From NCBI GenBank assembly GCA_963725775.1, contig CAVRZT010000006.1, forward strand, positions 14,734 to 78,733: 64,000 nucleotides of DNA, read 5' to 3'. This DNA comes from an uncultured Actinomycetes bacterium. Its GTDB lineage: Bacteria; Actinomycetota; Acidimicrobiia; IMCC26256; DASPTH01. Below the pieces are notes generated by a model, which was not told where the DNA came from, ran no database searches, and was given only the letters and a program-made list of their open reading frames with translations. Every line of letters begins with the position of its first letter. Position 1 is the stretch's first letter. A program made the translations under genes and the position numbers. Positions 9,302-19,930 of the stretch are shown here, one piece after another.

Positions 9302-10624
9302 ATGCTGGCGACCGACCCGACCACTCAGACCCCGCTCCGTTGGGTCTTCATGCCGGTCGAGGTGAAGGCGCGCGAGCTCGAGTCGCGGGTGCTGCTCGCC
9401 GCCGCGCTCGCCGAGCGGGGCTTCGGGGTGCTCGTCGGACGCAAGGGCAACCTCGACGCCATCGCCGACCAGCTGCCCCGGGGCATCTTCGTCATCAAGA
9501 GCTGCGAGCGGTACCTCCGTCCCGGGATCGAGTACCGGCGCCGGCTGGGGCACGTGATGACGTGCCTCGACGAGGAGGGCTTCGTGTACGCGACGGCGGA
9601 GGACTACGCGGCGCGGCGCCTCGACGACGGCACGCTACGGCAGCTCCGGCACTTCTTCGCGTGGGGCCACGACCAGCGCCAGGTCGTCTGCGACTACTAC
9701 CCGCGCCACGCACCCCAGGTCTCGATCACCGGCAACCCCCGGGTCGACCTGTGGCGACCCGAGCTGCGCGCGCTCCACGATCCCGCCGCCGGCGCGTTGC
9801 GCGACGCGCACGGCAGCTTCGTGCTCGTCGCGTCCGCCTTCGCCCACGTGGTGAACGCGCGCGGCGAGGAGTACGTGATCGACGCCGCCCGTCAGGCGGG
9901 CCGCTTCGCCACCCCCGACGGTGAACAGGGGTTCCGCGCCTACCTCGACCACTCGCGGAAGTTGCTCGACGCCCTGACCGCCGCGGTGCCGAGGGTCGCC
10001 GACGCGCTCCCCGCCGGCACGAAGGTCATCGTCCGGCCCCATCCGTCGGAGGACCTCGCGCACTGGCTCCCGCTCGCCGAGCACCCCCGCATCGAGGTCA
10101 CCCGCGAGGGCAGCGTGACCCCGTGGCTGCTCGCCTCGAGGGCGCTGGTGCACTCCAACTGCACCACCGGCGTCGAGGCCACCCTGCTCGGCCGACCCGC
10201 GATCGCGTACGCACCGGTCGAGGATCCGCGCTACGACATGAACGTGCCCAACGCCGTCAGCCACGTCGCCCACGACGAGTCCGAGCTCCGCGACCTCGTG
10301 TGCGCGGCGGTCAGCGGCGACCCGCTCCCGCCGACCCCCGCCAGCCGCGAGGCGCTCGAGCGGCACGTCAGCGCGCTCGAGGGCGAGTTCGCGTTCGATC
10401 GCATCGCCGACGTGCTCGAGTCGCAGCCGGTGCGACCGGCGCCGCTCGCGCCGACGGCGTTCCGCGGCGTCGGCGCGATGGTCAGGACCGCTCCCCACCG
10501 CGCCGCACGCCGCGTCCGGCGCCGCACGGCCGTCGGCCCCGGAGCGCGCGCGAAGTTCCCGCACGGGCACACCACCGAAGCCGAGGTCGCCGAGATCGTC
10601 ACCAGGATGTCGCGCGCGTCCTGA
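9302..10624 (+). CDS. surface carbohydrate biosynthesis protein-like (candidate nonulosonic-acid transferase)
   Basis: Intact 440-aa ORF. The N-terminus MPVEVKARELESRVLLAA recalls, from memory, a family that accompanies NeuB/NeuA genes. No catalytic motif verified. The start could instead be ATG 9350. Confidence 0.55.
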   Translation: MLATDPTTQTPLRWVFMPVEVKARELESRVLLAAALAERGFGVLVGRKGNLDAIADQLPRGIFVIKSCERYLRPGIEYRRRLGHVMTCLDEEGFVYATAEDYAARRLDDGTLRQLRHFFAWGHDQRQVVCDYYPRHAPQVSITGNPRVDLWRPELRALHDPAAGALRDAHGSFVLVASAFAHVVNARGEEYVIDAARQAGRFATPDGEQGFRAYLDHSRKLLDALTAAVPRVADALPAGTKVIVRPHPSEDLAHWLPLAEHPRIEVTREGSVTPWLLASRALVHSNCTTGVEATLLGRPAIAYAPVEDPRYDMNVPNAVSHVAHDESELRDLVCAAVSGDPLPPTPASREALERHVSALEGEFAFDRIADVLESQPVRPAPLAPTAFRGVGAMVRTAPHRAARRVRRRTAVGPGARAKFPHGHTTEAEVAEIVTRMSRAS

Positions 10625-10697
10625 ACCGCTTCCACGAGATCCGGTGCGCCGAGTACGACGACGACATGTTCACGCTGCTGCCGGCCGGGTGCGGGCC

Positions 10698-11171
10698 GTG
10701 ACGTCGCTCGCCGGCATCCAGCTCGTGATCTCCGACTTCGACGGCGTCATGACCGACGACCGGGTGCTCGTGTTCGACGACGGGCGCGAGGGCGTCGTGT
10801 GCTCGCGCGCCGACGGGCTCGCGTGCGGCCTGCTCCGTGCCGCCGGCATCGAGACGGTCGTGGTGTCGACCGAACGCAACCCGGTCGTGTCCGCCCGGGC
10901 CCGCAAGCTGGCGATCGAGGTCGTCCAGGACTGCCCCGACAAGGCGGCGGCGGTCCGGGCCCTGCTGGCCGAACGGTCACTGGAGCGCGCGCACGCCGCC
11001 TACATCGGGAACGACGTCAACGACCTGGGTGCGTTCGACGAGGTCGCGGTCCGTATCGCGCCGTGCGACGCGCACGCCACCGTGCGGGCCCGGGCCGACG
11101 TCGTCACCCGCGCCGCGGGCGGCACCGGCGTGCTCCGTGAGGTGGCCGACCTGCTCCTCGCCGAGCGATGA
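10698..11171 (+). CDS. KdsC-type HAD-IIIA sugar-acid phosphate phosphatase
   Basis: GTG 10698. HAD motif I is ISDFDGVMTDD and motif IV is GNDVNDL. About 157 aa. The stop overlaps the neuA start (ATGA). Confidence 0.8.
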   Translation: MTSLAGIQLVISDFDGVMTDDRVLVFDDGREGVVCSRADGLACGLLRAAGIETVVVSTERNPVVSARARKLAIEVVQDCPDKAAAVRALLAERSLERAHAAYIGNDVNDLGAFDEVAVRIAPCDAHATVRARADVVTRAAGGTGVLREVADLLLAER

Positions 11172-11903
11172 GCCCTCGGGGAGCCCCCGAGGTCCTCGCG
11201 CTGGTGCCGGCGCGGGGCGGCTCCAAGGGGCTCCCGCGCAAGAACGTGCGCGACTTCCTCGGTCGCCCACTGCTGCACTGGTCGATCGACGCCGGGCTCG
11301 GGGCCCGCCGGGTCAGCCGCGTGCTCGTGTCGACCGACGATCGCGAGATCGCCGAGGTCGCGCGCGCGGGAGGCGCCGACGTGCCCTTCCTGCGTCCCGG
11401 ATGAGCTCGCGGGAGACCGCGTGCCCGACCTCCCCGTGTTCCAGCACGCGCTCGCCTGGCTGCGCGGCAACGAGGACTACGTCCCCGACCTGGTCGTGCA
11501 GCTCCGGCCCACGTCGCCGCTGCGCCCCGACGGCCTCGTCGACGAGGGCATCACGCGGCTGCTCGCCGACGACGAGGCCGACTCGCTGCGGGTGGTGACG
11601 GAGCCGGGCGAGAACCCGTTCAAGATGTGGCGCATCGAGGAGGGCGTGCTCGTGCCGCTCGTCGACAGCGGGATCGAGGAGCAGTACAACCGCCCTCGTC
11701 AAGAGCTGCCGGGCGCCTACTGGCAGATCGGGACCCTCGACGTGATTCGGACCTCGACCATCGTCGAGCGGGCGTCGATGTCCGGCCGTCGGATCCTGCC
11801 GCTGGTCGTCGGGCGGGAGCTCGCCGCCGACATCGACGACGCCGAGTCGTTCCGGGCGGCGGAGGACGCGGCCCGGAGGTTGGGGCTCGAGGCGTCACCG
11901 TGA
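11168..11903 (+). CDS. neuA: CMP-nonulosonic acid synthetase (acylneuraminate cytidylyltransferase family), one frame break
   Basis: Motifs ALVPARGGSKGLPRKN and QLRPTSPLR. Split into ORFs 11168..11404 and 11421..11903 by an extra G at about 11398 (CCCGGATGAG). Confidence 0.85.
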
Positions 11904-12896
11904 AGGTCGCGGTCGTGGGCACGGGTGCCGCCGGCCGGCGCCACCTCGGCACGCTCGCCGAGCTCGGGATCACCGACCTGGTCGCCGTGAACGAGCACCG
12001 CCCGGGCCCACCGGTGGTCGTCCCCGGGGCCGAGGTCACCACCGTGCACCGGTTCGGCGACGCGATCGCCTCGGCGCCCGATGCGGTGATCGTGGCGAAC
12101 CCCACCTCGTTGCACGCGCCGGTCACCGAACGGGCGGTGCGGGCGGGGATCCCGGTGCTCTGTGAGAAGCCGCTGGGCGTCGACGGCGACGAGGCCGCCC
12201 GCGTGTCCGCGCTGGCCGACGAGCGCGGCGTGCTGGTGGCCGTGTGCTGCCAGTTCCGGTTCCACGAGCAGCTCCTCGAGCTGCGCCGGCAGCTCCACAC
12301 GGGCGCGCTCGGCGACGTCGTCGACGTCGTGGCCAGCCAGGGCGAGCACCTCGCCGACTACCACCCGGGCGAGGACTACCGGACGTCGTACGCGGCCCGC
12401 GCCGCGCTCGGGGGTGGTGTCCTGCGGACGCAGGTGCACCTCCTCGACGTCGTGCACTGGCTCGTGGGGCCGTTCCGGAGCGTCTTCGCGGTCGGGGGCC
12501 GGCGTACCGACCTCGAGCTCGACGTCGAGGACAGCGTCAGCTTCCTCCTCGAGAGCCGGTCGGGGGTGGCGGTGCGCGGTCACGTCGACTACTTCCGCCG
12601 GCCGCGTCGCTTCACCGTCGACGTCACCGCGACCGGCGGGAACGCGACCTGGGACTACTACGAGGGCACGCTCGCGTGCAGCGGGGCCGCGACGCGCACC
12701 ACGACCGTGCCGTTCGACCGCGCCAGCGCTCTTCCGCGCCACGGTCGCCGACTTCCTCGGCGCGCTCCGCGACGGCACGCCCCCGCGCACCAGCGCGGAT
12801 GACGGCGTCGCGGTCCTGCGGATCGTCGACGCGGCACGGCGGTCGATGGCCACGGGCACGCTCGAGCGGATCGACGCCGAGGAGACCACACCATGA
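11900..12896 (+). CDS. Gfo/Idh/MocA-family oxidoreductase (one frame break near 12715)
   Basis: GTG 11900 (GTGA overlap). Motifs VAVVGTGAAGRRH and CEKPLG. The last ~60 aa lie in the frame of ORF 12162..12896. Confidence 0.8.
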
Positions 12897-13714
12897 CTTC
12901 GCTGTCGCTGTTCGACCTCACCGGACGCCGCGCCGTCGTCACCGGCGCCGGTGGACTGCTGGGCCGCGAGTTCTGCCGCGCCCTCGTCGACGCGAACGCC
13001 ACCGTGTACGCGCTCGACGTCGACGATCGCGCGCTCGAGCGCGCCGCCGACGAGTGCGGGGCGACGCCGGTGCGGTGCGACGTGACCGACGAGGACGACG
13101 TCGAGCAGACGATCGCGCGACTCGCAGACGGGGGAGCCCTCGATGCCCTCGTCACCAGCGCGGCGATCGACCCGAAGGTCGACGACGCGGGGAAGTTCGC
13201 GTCGGGCGCCGACGGGGATCCCGCGACCTATCCGCTCACCCTGTGGGACCGGAGCCTGCGGGTGAACGTCACCGGGACGTTCCTCGTGGCCCGCGCCGCG
13301 GGCCGGGTGATGGCCGCCCAGGACGGAGGGGCGGGCCGCGGCTCCATCGTCACCGTCGCGTCGACGTACGGCCTGGTGGCGCCCGACCCCCGCCTGTACC
13401 GGGAGCCCGGCCTCGACGTCCCGGCGTGGAAGCCGCTCGACTACCCGACGTCGAAGGGCGCGATCCTCGGGCTGACCCGCGCGCTCGCGGCGGCCTACAC
13501 CGGCACCGGGGTCCGGGTGAACTCCCTGACGCCGGGAGGTGCGGCCGCGGGCCAGGACGACGGCTTCGTCGAGCGGTACTCGTCACGCACCATCCTCGGC
13601 CGGATGGCCCGACCGGAGGAGTACCGCGGGCCGATCGTCTTCCTCTGCTCGGACGCGTCGTCCTACATGACCGGCGCGAACCTGGTGGTCGACGGCGGCT
13701 GGACCGCGCTCTGA
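12893..13714 (+). CDS. SDR-family oxidoreductase
   Basis: Intact 273-aa ORF. Motifs VTGAGGLLG and YPTSK. ATGA overlap with the previous gene. Confidence 0.9.
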   Translation: MTSLSLFDLTGRRAVVTGAGGLLGREFCRALVDANATVYALDVDDRALERAADECGATPVRCDVTDEDDVEQTIARLADGGALDALVTSAAIDPKVDDAGKFASGADGDPATYPLTLWDRSLRVNVTGTFLVARAAGRVMAAQDGGAGRGSIVTVASTYGLVAPDPRLYREPGLDVPAWKPLDYPTSKGAILGLTRALAAAYTGTGVRVNSLTPGGAAAGQDDGFVERYSSRTILGRMARPEEYRGPIVFLCSDASSYMTGANLVVDGGWTAL

Positions 13715-13724
13715 CGACGACGGC

Positions 13725-14456
13725 TCAGCCGGCGCGTCGGGCGCGGATCGCCTCGAGGAGCAGGTCGCGACCGGTCTCGGGGTCGTGGTCGAGCGCCACG
13801 GTCGCCACCCGGTCGAACGGTCCGAGCTCGTCGTGCGTGAGCTCCCACCATCTCGACTCCTCGACCAGCGCGGCGGTCTGCGGATCGAAGCGGTGCCGCA
13901 CCGGGCGGGCGGGGTTCCCGACGACGATCGCGTAGGGCTCGACGTCGCGGGTGACGACGGCGCCGGCGCCCACCACGGCCCCGTTGCCGATGGTGACCCC
14001 GCGCAGCACGACCGCGTGGCAGCCGATCCAGACCCCGTGACCGATGGTCACGGGCGACTTCACCAGGTGCTCCCGCAGGCGGCGGTCGAAGTATGCCGGG
14101 GACGTCGACGTCGACAGGTAGCCGGTCGGGTGGTCCTGCCCGTAGACGCACACCAGCGGGGCGAGCTGGCAGTAGTTGCCGATCGCGACCGGACCCACGA
14201 CGTGGCAGCTCTCGCCGAGCGTGGTGCCGTACCCCACCGAGACCGCGTCGCCGAAGGACGTGTAGCGGCCGACCTCGTTGTCCCCGGCGAAGGTGACGCG
14301 CTGCTCGCCCCGCACGCCGTCGGCGATCACGACCCCGCGGTCGAGCCGGCGCGGCGATGCCGCTCGCCGCGACAGCGACCGCGCGACCCGGGTGGCGATG
14401 CCGCTGGCGCGCGCACGGGTGCGGGCGTGTACCGGGCTGGTGGCCGACGCGGTCAC
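13725..14456 (-). CDS. hexapeptide-repeat acetyltransferase (CatB/Vat-like)
   Basis: GTG 14456 overlaps the neuB stop (GTGA). Left-handed beta-helix repeats IGHGVWIGCHAVVLRGVTIGNGAVVGAGAVV. Confidence 0.8.
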   Translation of the reverse strand: MTASATSPVHARTRARASGIATRVARSLSRRAASPRRLDRGVVIADGVRGEQRVTFAGDNEVGRYTSFGDAVSVGYGTTLGESCHVVGPVAIGNYCQLAPLVCVYGQDHPTGYLSTSTSPAYFDRRLREHLVKSPVTIGHGVWIGCHAVVLRGVTIGNGAVVGAGAVVTRDVEPYAIVVGNPARPVRHRFDPQTAALVEESRWWELTHDELGPFDRVATVALDHDPETGRDLLLEAIRARRAG

Positions 14457-15334
14457 GAGACCTCGCCGGCGACCGCCGCCCACTTGAGCTTCGCCCGCTG
14501 CGGCCGCTCGACATCGAGGATCTCGGACGACTTGACCGCCAGCGCCTCCGCGGTCTGCTCGAGGTTGCGCTGGACCCGGCGGAGACCGTCCGGTTCCAGC
14601 GACGCGGCGTGGTCGGTGCCCTTCCACGTCCGATCGAGCGTGAAGTGACGCTCGATCCAGGTCGCCCCGACGGTGAACGCGGCGACGTCGAGCGAAATGC
14701 CGAGATGGTGGCCCGAGTAGCCGATGGCGTCGACGTGCATCCCGTACGCGTCGACGAGGCGGGGGATCTCGAGCAGGCACGCCTCGGCCGGCTCGATCGG
14801 GTACCCCGAGGTGCACGCGTAGACCACGACGTCGCCGAGACGACCGCGATCGGAGAGCAACGCCATCATCGCGTCCTCTTCGGCGCGTGTCGTCATGCCG
14901 AGCGAGACGTGGAGCCCGCCGCCGAATTCGTCGCACGCGACGCGCAGGAGCTCGCCGTTGGTGTTGACCGCCGACGGGATCTTGAGGTACGTGGGCTCGA
15001 GCGACGCGATCTCGAGCAGGCTCGGCACGTCCCAGACCGAGCAGCCGTACACCACGCCCCGCGCGTCGCAGTACTCCTTCAGACCCCGGTGCTGCTCGAG
15101 GCTGAGCTCGAGGTACTCCCGGTGCTCCCCGTAGGTCTCACCGAAGGAGTTGCGTGGCTCGGGGTGCGGCGCCGCGTAGGCGCGCTCCGAGAGGAGGTCG
15201 CGCACGCTGCGCTTCTGGAACTTCACGTGCTGGACCTCGCAGAACGTGTCGGCCACGTCGACGAAGCGGCGCGCCAGGTCGACGTCGCCCATGTGGTTGC
15301 AGCCGATCTCGGCGACCAGTACTGGTGTGCGCAT
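14453..15334 (-). CDS. neuB: N-acylneuraminate (nonulosonate) synthase family protein lacking the C-terminal SAF domain
   Basis: ATG 15334. Motifs VAEIGCNHMG, VKFQK and ERHFTLD. The protein ends soon after the TIM-barrel core (293 aa). Confidence 0.85.
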   Translation of the reverse strand: MRTPVLVAEIGCNHMGDVDLARRFVDVADTFCEVQHVKFQKRSVRDLLSERAYAAPHPEPRNSFGETYGEHREYLELSLEQHRGLKEYCDARGVVYGCSVWDVPSLLEIASLEPTYLKIPSAVNTNGELLRVACDEFGGGLHVSLGMTTRAEEDAMMALLSDRGRLGDVVVYACTSGYPIEPAEACLLEIPRLVDAYGMHVDAIGYSGHHLGISLDVAAFTVGATWIERHFTLDRTWKGTDHAASLEPDGLRRVQRNLEQTAEALAVKSSEILDVERPQRAKLKWAAVAGEVS

Positions 15335-15422
15335 ACGAAACCGCCCTCCGCGCTCCCGACCCCGGCCCACCAGGATACCACTCTCCGTGAAGCGTCGTGC
15401 CACGAAGAGTGACAGAATCGGG

Positions 15423-16316
15423 TCAGGAGGGTCCGGTGACCATGTCGCGGGCGGCCCGACCGAGCTCCCCGACCCCGTGGTACAGGTGGGAGGGGCCCCA
15501 GACCCGCACCAGCTCCGCCGTGCACCGGGCGCGCTCGCCGAGCGGCAGTCGGGCCCGTCCGATCGCCCGGGCGGCCTCGACGAAGCGTCGGCCGCGGGGC
15601 AGCACGAACCGCGACCGGCTCGACGGATCGAACCAGCGGCGCACCGCGAGCGGGGTGGTGTTGGCCTGGTATGCCTGTCCAGCGTGCATGCGGCGCATGA
15701 AGAGCGCGGCGTCGAGCTCGTGGATCTCGCCGGCGAGGGCGAGATCCAGGATCAGCACGAGGTCGGAGTCGTTGTAGGCGCCGAAGAGCGGGGTGCCCCG
15801 GAGCACGTCGAGCCGGATCAGGCCGAACACCGCGTTCGCCAGGCCGAGGTGGCGCAGGCACTCGCGCACCCGCACGTGCGGCTGGGCCTGGCGCAGGTCG
15901 AGCCCGTCGTCGTACTCACGCTTCACCTCCCCGCGGTCGTCGATGAGCACGGTGCGGGGATAGGCGACGACCGCGTCGGAGCCGTCGAGCTCGACGACGC
16001 ACCGGGTGAGGTACGAAGGCGCGCACAGGTCGTCGTGCCCGCACCACTTCAGGTACCGGCCACGCGCGCGGTGCACCAGGTGGTTGTAGTTCCAGATCGC
16101 GCCCCGGTTGACCTCGTGGCGTTCGAAGACGATCCGGGCGTCGCGCGCCGCGTAGGCGCGGACGAGGTCGGGGGTGCCGTCGGTCGATCCGTTGTCGGAG
16201 ATCAGGAGCTCGAAGTCCTGGAACTCCTGCGCGAGCAGCGACTCGAGCGTCTCGGCGAGGTGACGCTCGCCGTTGTAGACGGGGAGGGCGAGGCTGACGG
16301 TGACCACGGTCGTCAA
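15423..16316 (-). CDS. GT2-family glycosyltransferase
   Basis: TTG 16316 (TTGA overlap) or GTG 16307. Motifs SLALPVYNGERHL and LISDNGSTDGT, with a downstream HDD. Confidence 0.8.
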   Translation of the reverse strand: MTTVVTVSLALPVYNGERHLAETLESLLAQEFQDFELLISDNGSTDGTPDLVRAYAARDARIVFERHEVNRGAIWNYNHLVHRARGRYLKWCGHDDLCAPSYLTRCVVELDGSDAVVAYPRTVLIDDRGEVKREYDDGLDLRQAQPHVRVRECLRHLGLANAVFGLIRLDVLRGTPLFGAYNDSDLVLILDLALAGEIHELDAALFMRRMHAGQAYQANTTPLAVRRWFDPSSRSRFVLPRGRRFVEAARAIGRARLPLGERARCTAELVRVWGPSHLYHGVGELGRAARDMVTGPS

Positions 16317-17374
16317 CCCACCAGCACGTCGGCGATCCGCGCCGCGGCCCGGCCGTCCCAGAGCGCGGGGGCGCACGGCGTCGCCCCGTCCCGCCACACC
16401 CGGACGGCTTCGGCGACCATGCGATCGGGATCGGTGCCGACCAGCGTGTTCGTGCCCTCGGTGACGGTGATGGGCCGCTCGGTGTTGTCCCGCACGGTCA
16501 GGCACCCGACGCCCAGCACCGTCGTCTCCTCCTGGACGCCGCCCGAGTCCGTGAGCACCAGGCGCGCCTGCGCCTCGAGCGCGATGAAGTCGAGGTACGA
16601 CTGCGGCTCGATCACCCGCAGCCCGGGGATCGGGCCGTGGCCCGCGAGCCGACCCGCGGTCCGCGGGTGGGCGGGGAACACGAGAGGGTGCTCCCGGGCG
16701 ATGCGGGCGAGCCCGTCGAGGATGCGGCCCAGCACGACGTCGTCGTCGACGTTCGACGGCCGGTGGAGCGTGACCAGCCCGTAGGCCTCGGGTTCCAACC
16801 CGAGGTCGCGCAGCACCGGACGGGACCGCGCCCGTTCGAGGTTGGCGAGGAGGGTGTCGACCATGACGTTGCCGACCAGGTGGACGCGGCTGGCAGGGAC
16901 GCCCTCGGCGAGGAGGTTCTCCACCCCGTCGGGCGAGGGCGCGAACAGGACATCGCTCACGTGGTCGGTGACGACCCGGTTGACCTCCTCGGGCATGTCC
17001 CAGTCACGGCTGCGCAGCCCGGCCTCCACGTGGGCGACGGTCGCCGGGCTCTTCGCCGCGACCAGGCTGCACGCCATGGTCGAGTTCACGTCGCCGACGA
17101 CCACGACCGCGTCGGGCGCGAGCCGTTCCACCAGGGGCTCGAACGCGAGCATCACCCGCGCCGTCTGCTCCGCGTGCGTGCCCGATCCCACCTCGAGGTG
17201 CCAGTCGGGGCGCCGGAGACCGAGATCGTCGAAGAACACGTCGCTCATCGCCGAGTCGTAGTGCTGACCGGTGTGCACGAGGTCGACGCCGACGCCCCGC
17301 GCCTCGAGCGCGTCGACGACCGGCTTGACCTTCATGAAGTTCGGCCGGGCGGCCGCGACGCAGATGACCCTCAT
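16313..17374 (-). CDS. wecB: UDP-N-acetylglucosamine 2-epimerase, non-hydrolysing type
   Basis: Intact 353 aa. Motifs HTGQHYD, HVEAGLRS and DSGGVQEE. Confidence 0.9.
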   Translation of the reverse strand: MRVICVAAARPNFMKVKPVVDALEARGVGVDLVHTGQHYDSAMSDVFFDDLGLRRPDWHLEVGSGTHAEQTARVMLAFEPLVERLAPDAVVVVGDVNSTMACSLVAAKSPATVAHVEAGLRSRDWDMPEEVNRVVTDHVSDVLFAPSPDGVENLLAEGVPASRVHLVGNVMVDTLLANLERARSRPVLRDLGLEPEAYGLVTLHRPSNVDDDVVLGRILDGLARIAREHPLVFPAHPRTAGRLAGHGPIPGLRVIEPQSYLDFIALEAQARLVLTDSGGVQEETTVLGVGCLTVRDNTERPITVTEGTNTLVGTDPDRMVAEAVRVWRDGATPCAPALWDGRAAARIADVLVG

Positions 17375-17390
17375 GACCGGGAGCGGCGCG

Positions 17391-18788
17391 TCAGGACCGG
17401 GCGCCGACGAGCTCGTTGTCGCTGACCTCGTCCTGCTCGACGATCGGGCGCTTGCCGTGGGGGATCGCGTACGGCATCGCCAGGATGACGAGCAGGAACG
17501 GGAGGAGCTGCACGCGCTGGCGCACCATGATGCCGAAGTTGCCCACGCTCGAGAACGCGAAGATGAAGCCGAGCGAGAACACCACCGAGAAGGTCACGTA
17601 GGGGATCTTGACCATGGCGCGCGGCAACGCACCCAGCCTCCGGTAGGAAGTGACGAACAGCGCCAGGATCAGCACGCCTTCCAGCGAGGCGATGGCCGCC
17701 ATGATGTTGTGCGCCTCGAACGGCCACGGTCGGAAGACCACAGCCATCGTGGCCTGCACGAAGCCCAGAGGTCCGCTCACCGGTTCGGCCTGGAACTCCG
17801 AGCCGCCCTCACTCGACTGCTGATTGGTGTAGTTGAGCACGCTCTGGACATTGGTGGCGTCGAGCTTCTTCGTCCCGAAGAAGTTCTCCACCTGGCTCAG
17901 CACGAAGACGCCGACCAGCACCAGCAGGATGAGGCCGCCCACCTTGGCGATCGGACTCGTGATCGACGCCTTGCGCGCCGGGCGCAGGATGAAGGCGGCG
18001 AACAGCGCGAGGAACACCACCAATGACACGTGCGGCCGCACCAGGATCGTGGCTCCGAGCCCGAGCAGGAGCAGCGGGATGCCTCCGTGCCGGTAGGTGA
18101 GCATGCGGGCCACGCCGTACGCGGCGATGCCGAGGCCGAACGTCATCCACGCTTCCTTGCCGATGCTCGACGACCAGAAGAGCAGCGACGGCAGGAAGAA
18201 CACCATCAGCGCGTACCGGCGGTGGTCGCCGCCCGGCACCGCGAGGCGGAAGGCCCGGTAGAAGAAGTACAGGCCCCAGAAGCCGATCCACGAGAAGACG
18301 AGGTACCCGCCCACGATCGTGGAGCCGGTCAACGTGTACAACCACCCGGTGGCGATCTCGATGAAGCCGGTGCCGATCAGCTTCACCGGGATCGCCACCG
18401 AGAAGTCGCCGCCGCGGATCAGCGGCGCCAGCTTCTGGCCCCATTCGTGGTAGGCGACGGAGTCGTTGCCGCCGTACACCGAGAAGACGACGAAGTAGCG
18501 GACCATGGAACCGGCCAGCTTCAGCACCATGGCGGCGATGAAGATGCCCGCCATGTCGTTCTCGCCGTTGCGACGGGCGAACCGCAGCAACACCGGGATC
18601 GACAGGCCCACGAGGACCGGGCCGATGACCAGACCGCCCCAGGTGTCGTAGGTGTCGATCGCCATCGCGCGCACCAGCACCGCGAGGTACACGAAGATCC
18701 CGGCCAACCCGATCGCCGACCAGAGGTAGACCGGGTGCTCCCGCACCGCGAGCGTGCGGCCGCCGATCCAGTACCGCGCCGCACTCAT
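17391..18788 (-). CDS. polytopic membrane protein, possible Wzy-like glycan polymerase
   Basis: Intact 465 aa. About 11 hydrophobic spans plus one large hydrophilic loop (..TKKLDATNVQSVLNYTNQQSSEGGSEF..). No diagnostic motif; the call rests on context only. Confidence 0.55.
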   Translation of the reverse strand: MSAARYWIGGRTLAVREHPVYLWSAIGLAGIFVYLAVLVRAMAIDTYDTWGGLVIGPVLVGLSIPVLLRFARRNGENDMAGIFIAAMVLKLAGSMVRYFVVFSVYGGNDSVAYHEWGQKLAPLIRGGDFSVAIPVKLIGTGFIEIATGWLYTLTGSTIVGGYLVFSWIGFWGLYFFYRAFRLAVPGGDHRRYALMVFFLPSLLFWSSSIGKEAWMTFGLGIAAYGVARMLTYRHGGIPLLLLGLGATILVRPHVSLVVFLALFAAFILRPARKASITSPIAKVGGLILLVLVGVFVLSQVENFFGTKKLDATNVQSVLNYTNQQSSEGGSEFQAEPVSGPLGFVQATMAVVFRPWPFEAHNIMAAIASLEGVLILALFVTSYRRLGALPRAMVKIPYVTFSVVFSLGFIFAFSSVGNFGIMVRQRVQLLPFLLVILAMPYAIPHGKRPIVEQDEVSDNELVGARS

Positions 18789-19928
18789 GCCGCACCCAGG
18801 ACCCGGTCGTAGATGGCCTCGGCGCGCCGCACCGCGGCGACGAGGTCGAAGTCGCCGGCCCGACGCGCCCCGTTGGCGCCCAGCTGGGCAGCCAGGCCGG
18901 GGTCGCGCAGCACCTTCTCGAGCCGCGACGCGAACGTGCTGGTGTCGCCGCTGGTCACGAGGTAACCCTCTTCACCGTCGGTGATCACCTCGGGGATGCC
19001 GCCGACCGCGGTCGCCACGCACGGCAGACCGCTCGCCATCGCCTCGAGCATCGCGATCGGCAGGCCTTCGAACTCTGAGCTCAGCGCGAACACGTCGAAC
19101 GCGGGCAGCAGGTCGTAGACGTCGTCACGGAGCCCGGTGAAGTGCACCCGGTCGGCCATGCCGAGCGACACCGCGTGTGCCTCCAGCTCCCCGCGCAACG
19201 GCCCGATGCCGACCATCACGACGCGCGTCGACTCGGCACCGGCCATCTGCGCGACCGCGTCGAGCAGCATGCGCTGGTTCTTCTTGCTCGTGAAGTTCCC
19301 GACCGTCCCGACGACGGGGACGTCGGCGGTGAGTCCGAGCAGCGCGCGCCCGTGGCGGCGCGCGTCGGGGCCGCGCCGGATGGATTGCGGATCGGGGCCG
19401 TGCAGCACGACCTCGACCGGTGGGCACGCCGGGCCCCAGTGGGGCGGGCGGATCGACGCCGCGACCGCGTCGGAGACGGCGATGACCGCCGAGTTGCGCG
19501 GATAGGTGATCGCGTTCGCCCAGCGGGTGAGCGGGCGGTAGCGGTCCCAGAGGTTGTGCTCGGTGTGCACGATCGCCGGTGGTCGCCGGGGCAGCACCGT
19601 GCCGCGCCGCGACCGCGGGGACCGGCATGTGCGTGTGCACGAGGTCGAAGGCTCCGGTGCGCACCAGGCGGTGCAGCCGGCCGACCCAGCGCGGGTCGAG
19701 GGCGCGACCCCCCTCGAGGCAGTGGACCGTGATGCCCTCGGCCTCGAGGTCGGCGACGAAGGCGTCCTTCCAGGGGAGCACGTACGCGACCTCGACGTCG
19801 AAGCGCCGGCGGTCGACGTGGCGGGCGGCGTCCACGATGAGACGTTCGGCGCCGCCACGCCCAAGGCCCTTGGCCAGCCAGAGCACCCGGACCGGCTCGG
19901 TCGCGCCCGCGGAGTCGGAGCGTGTCAC
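18785..19928 (-). CDS. GT4-family glycosyltransferase (one frame break near 19600)
   Basis: GTG 19928. The N-terminal half is in ORF 19125..20486. The C-terminal half, with SSEFEGLPIAMLEAMASGLPCVAT, is in ORF 18785..19864. ATGA overlap at 18785. Confidence 0.8.
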
Positions 19929-19930
19929 GG

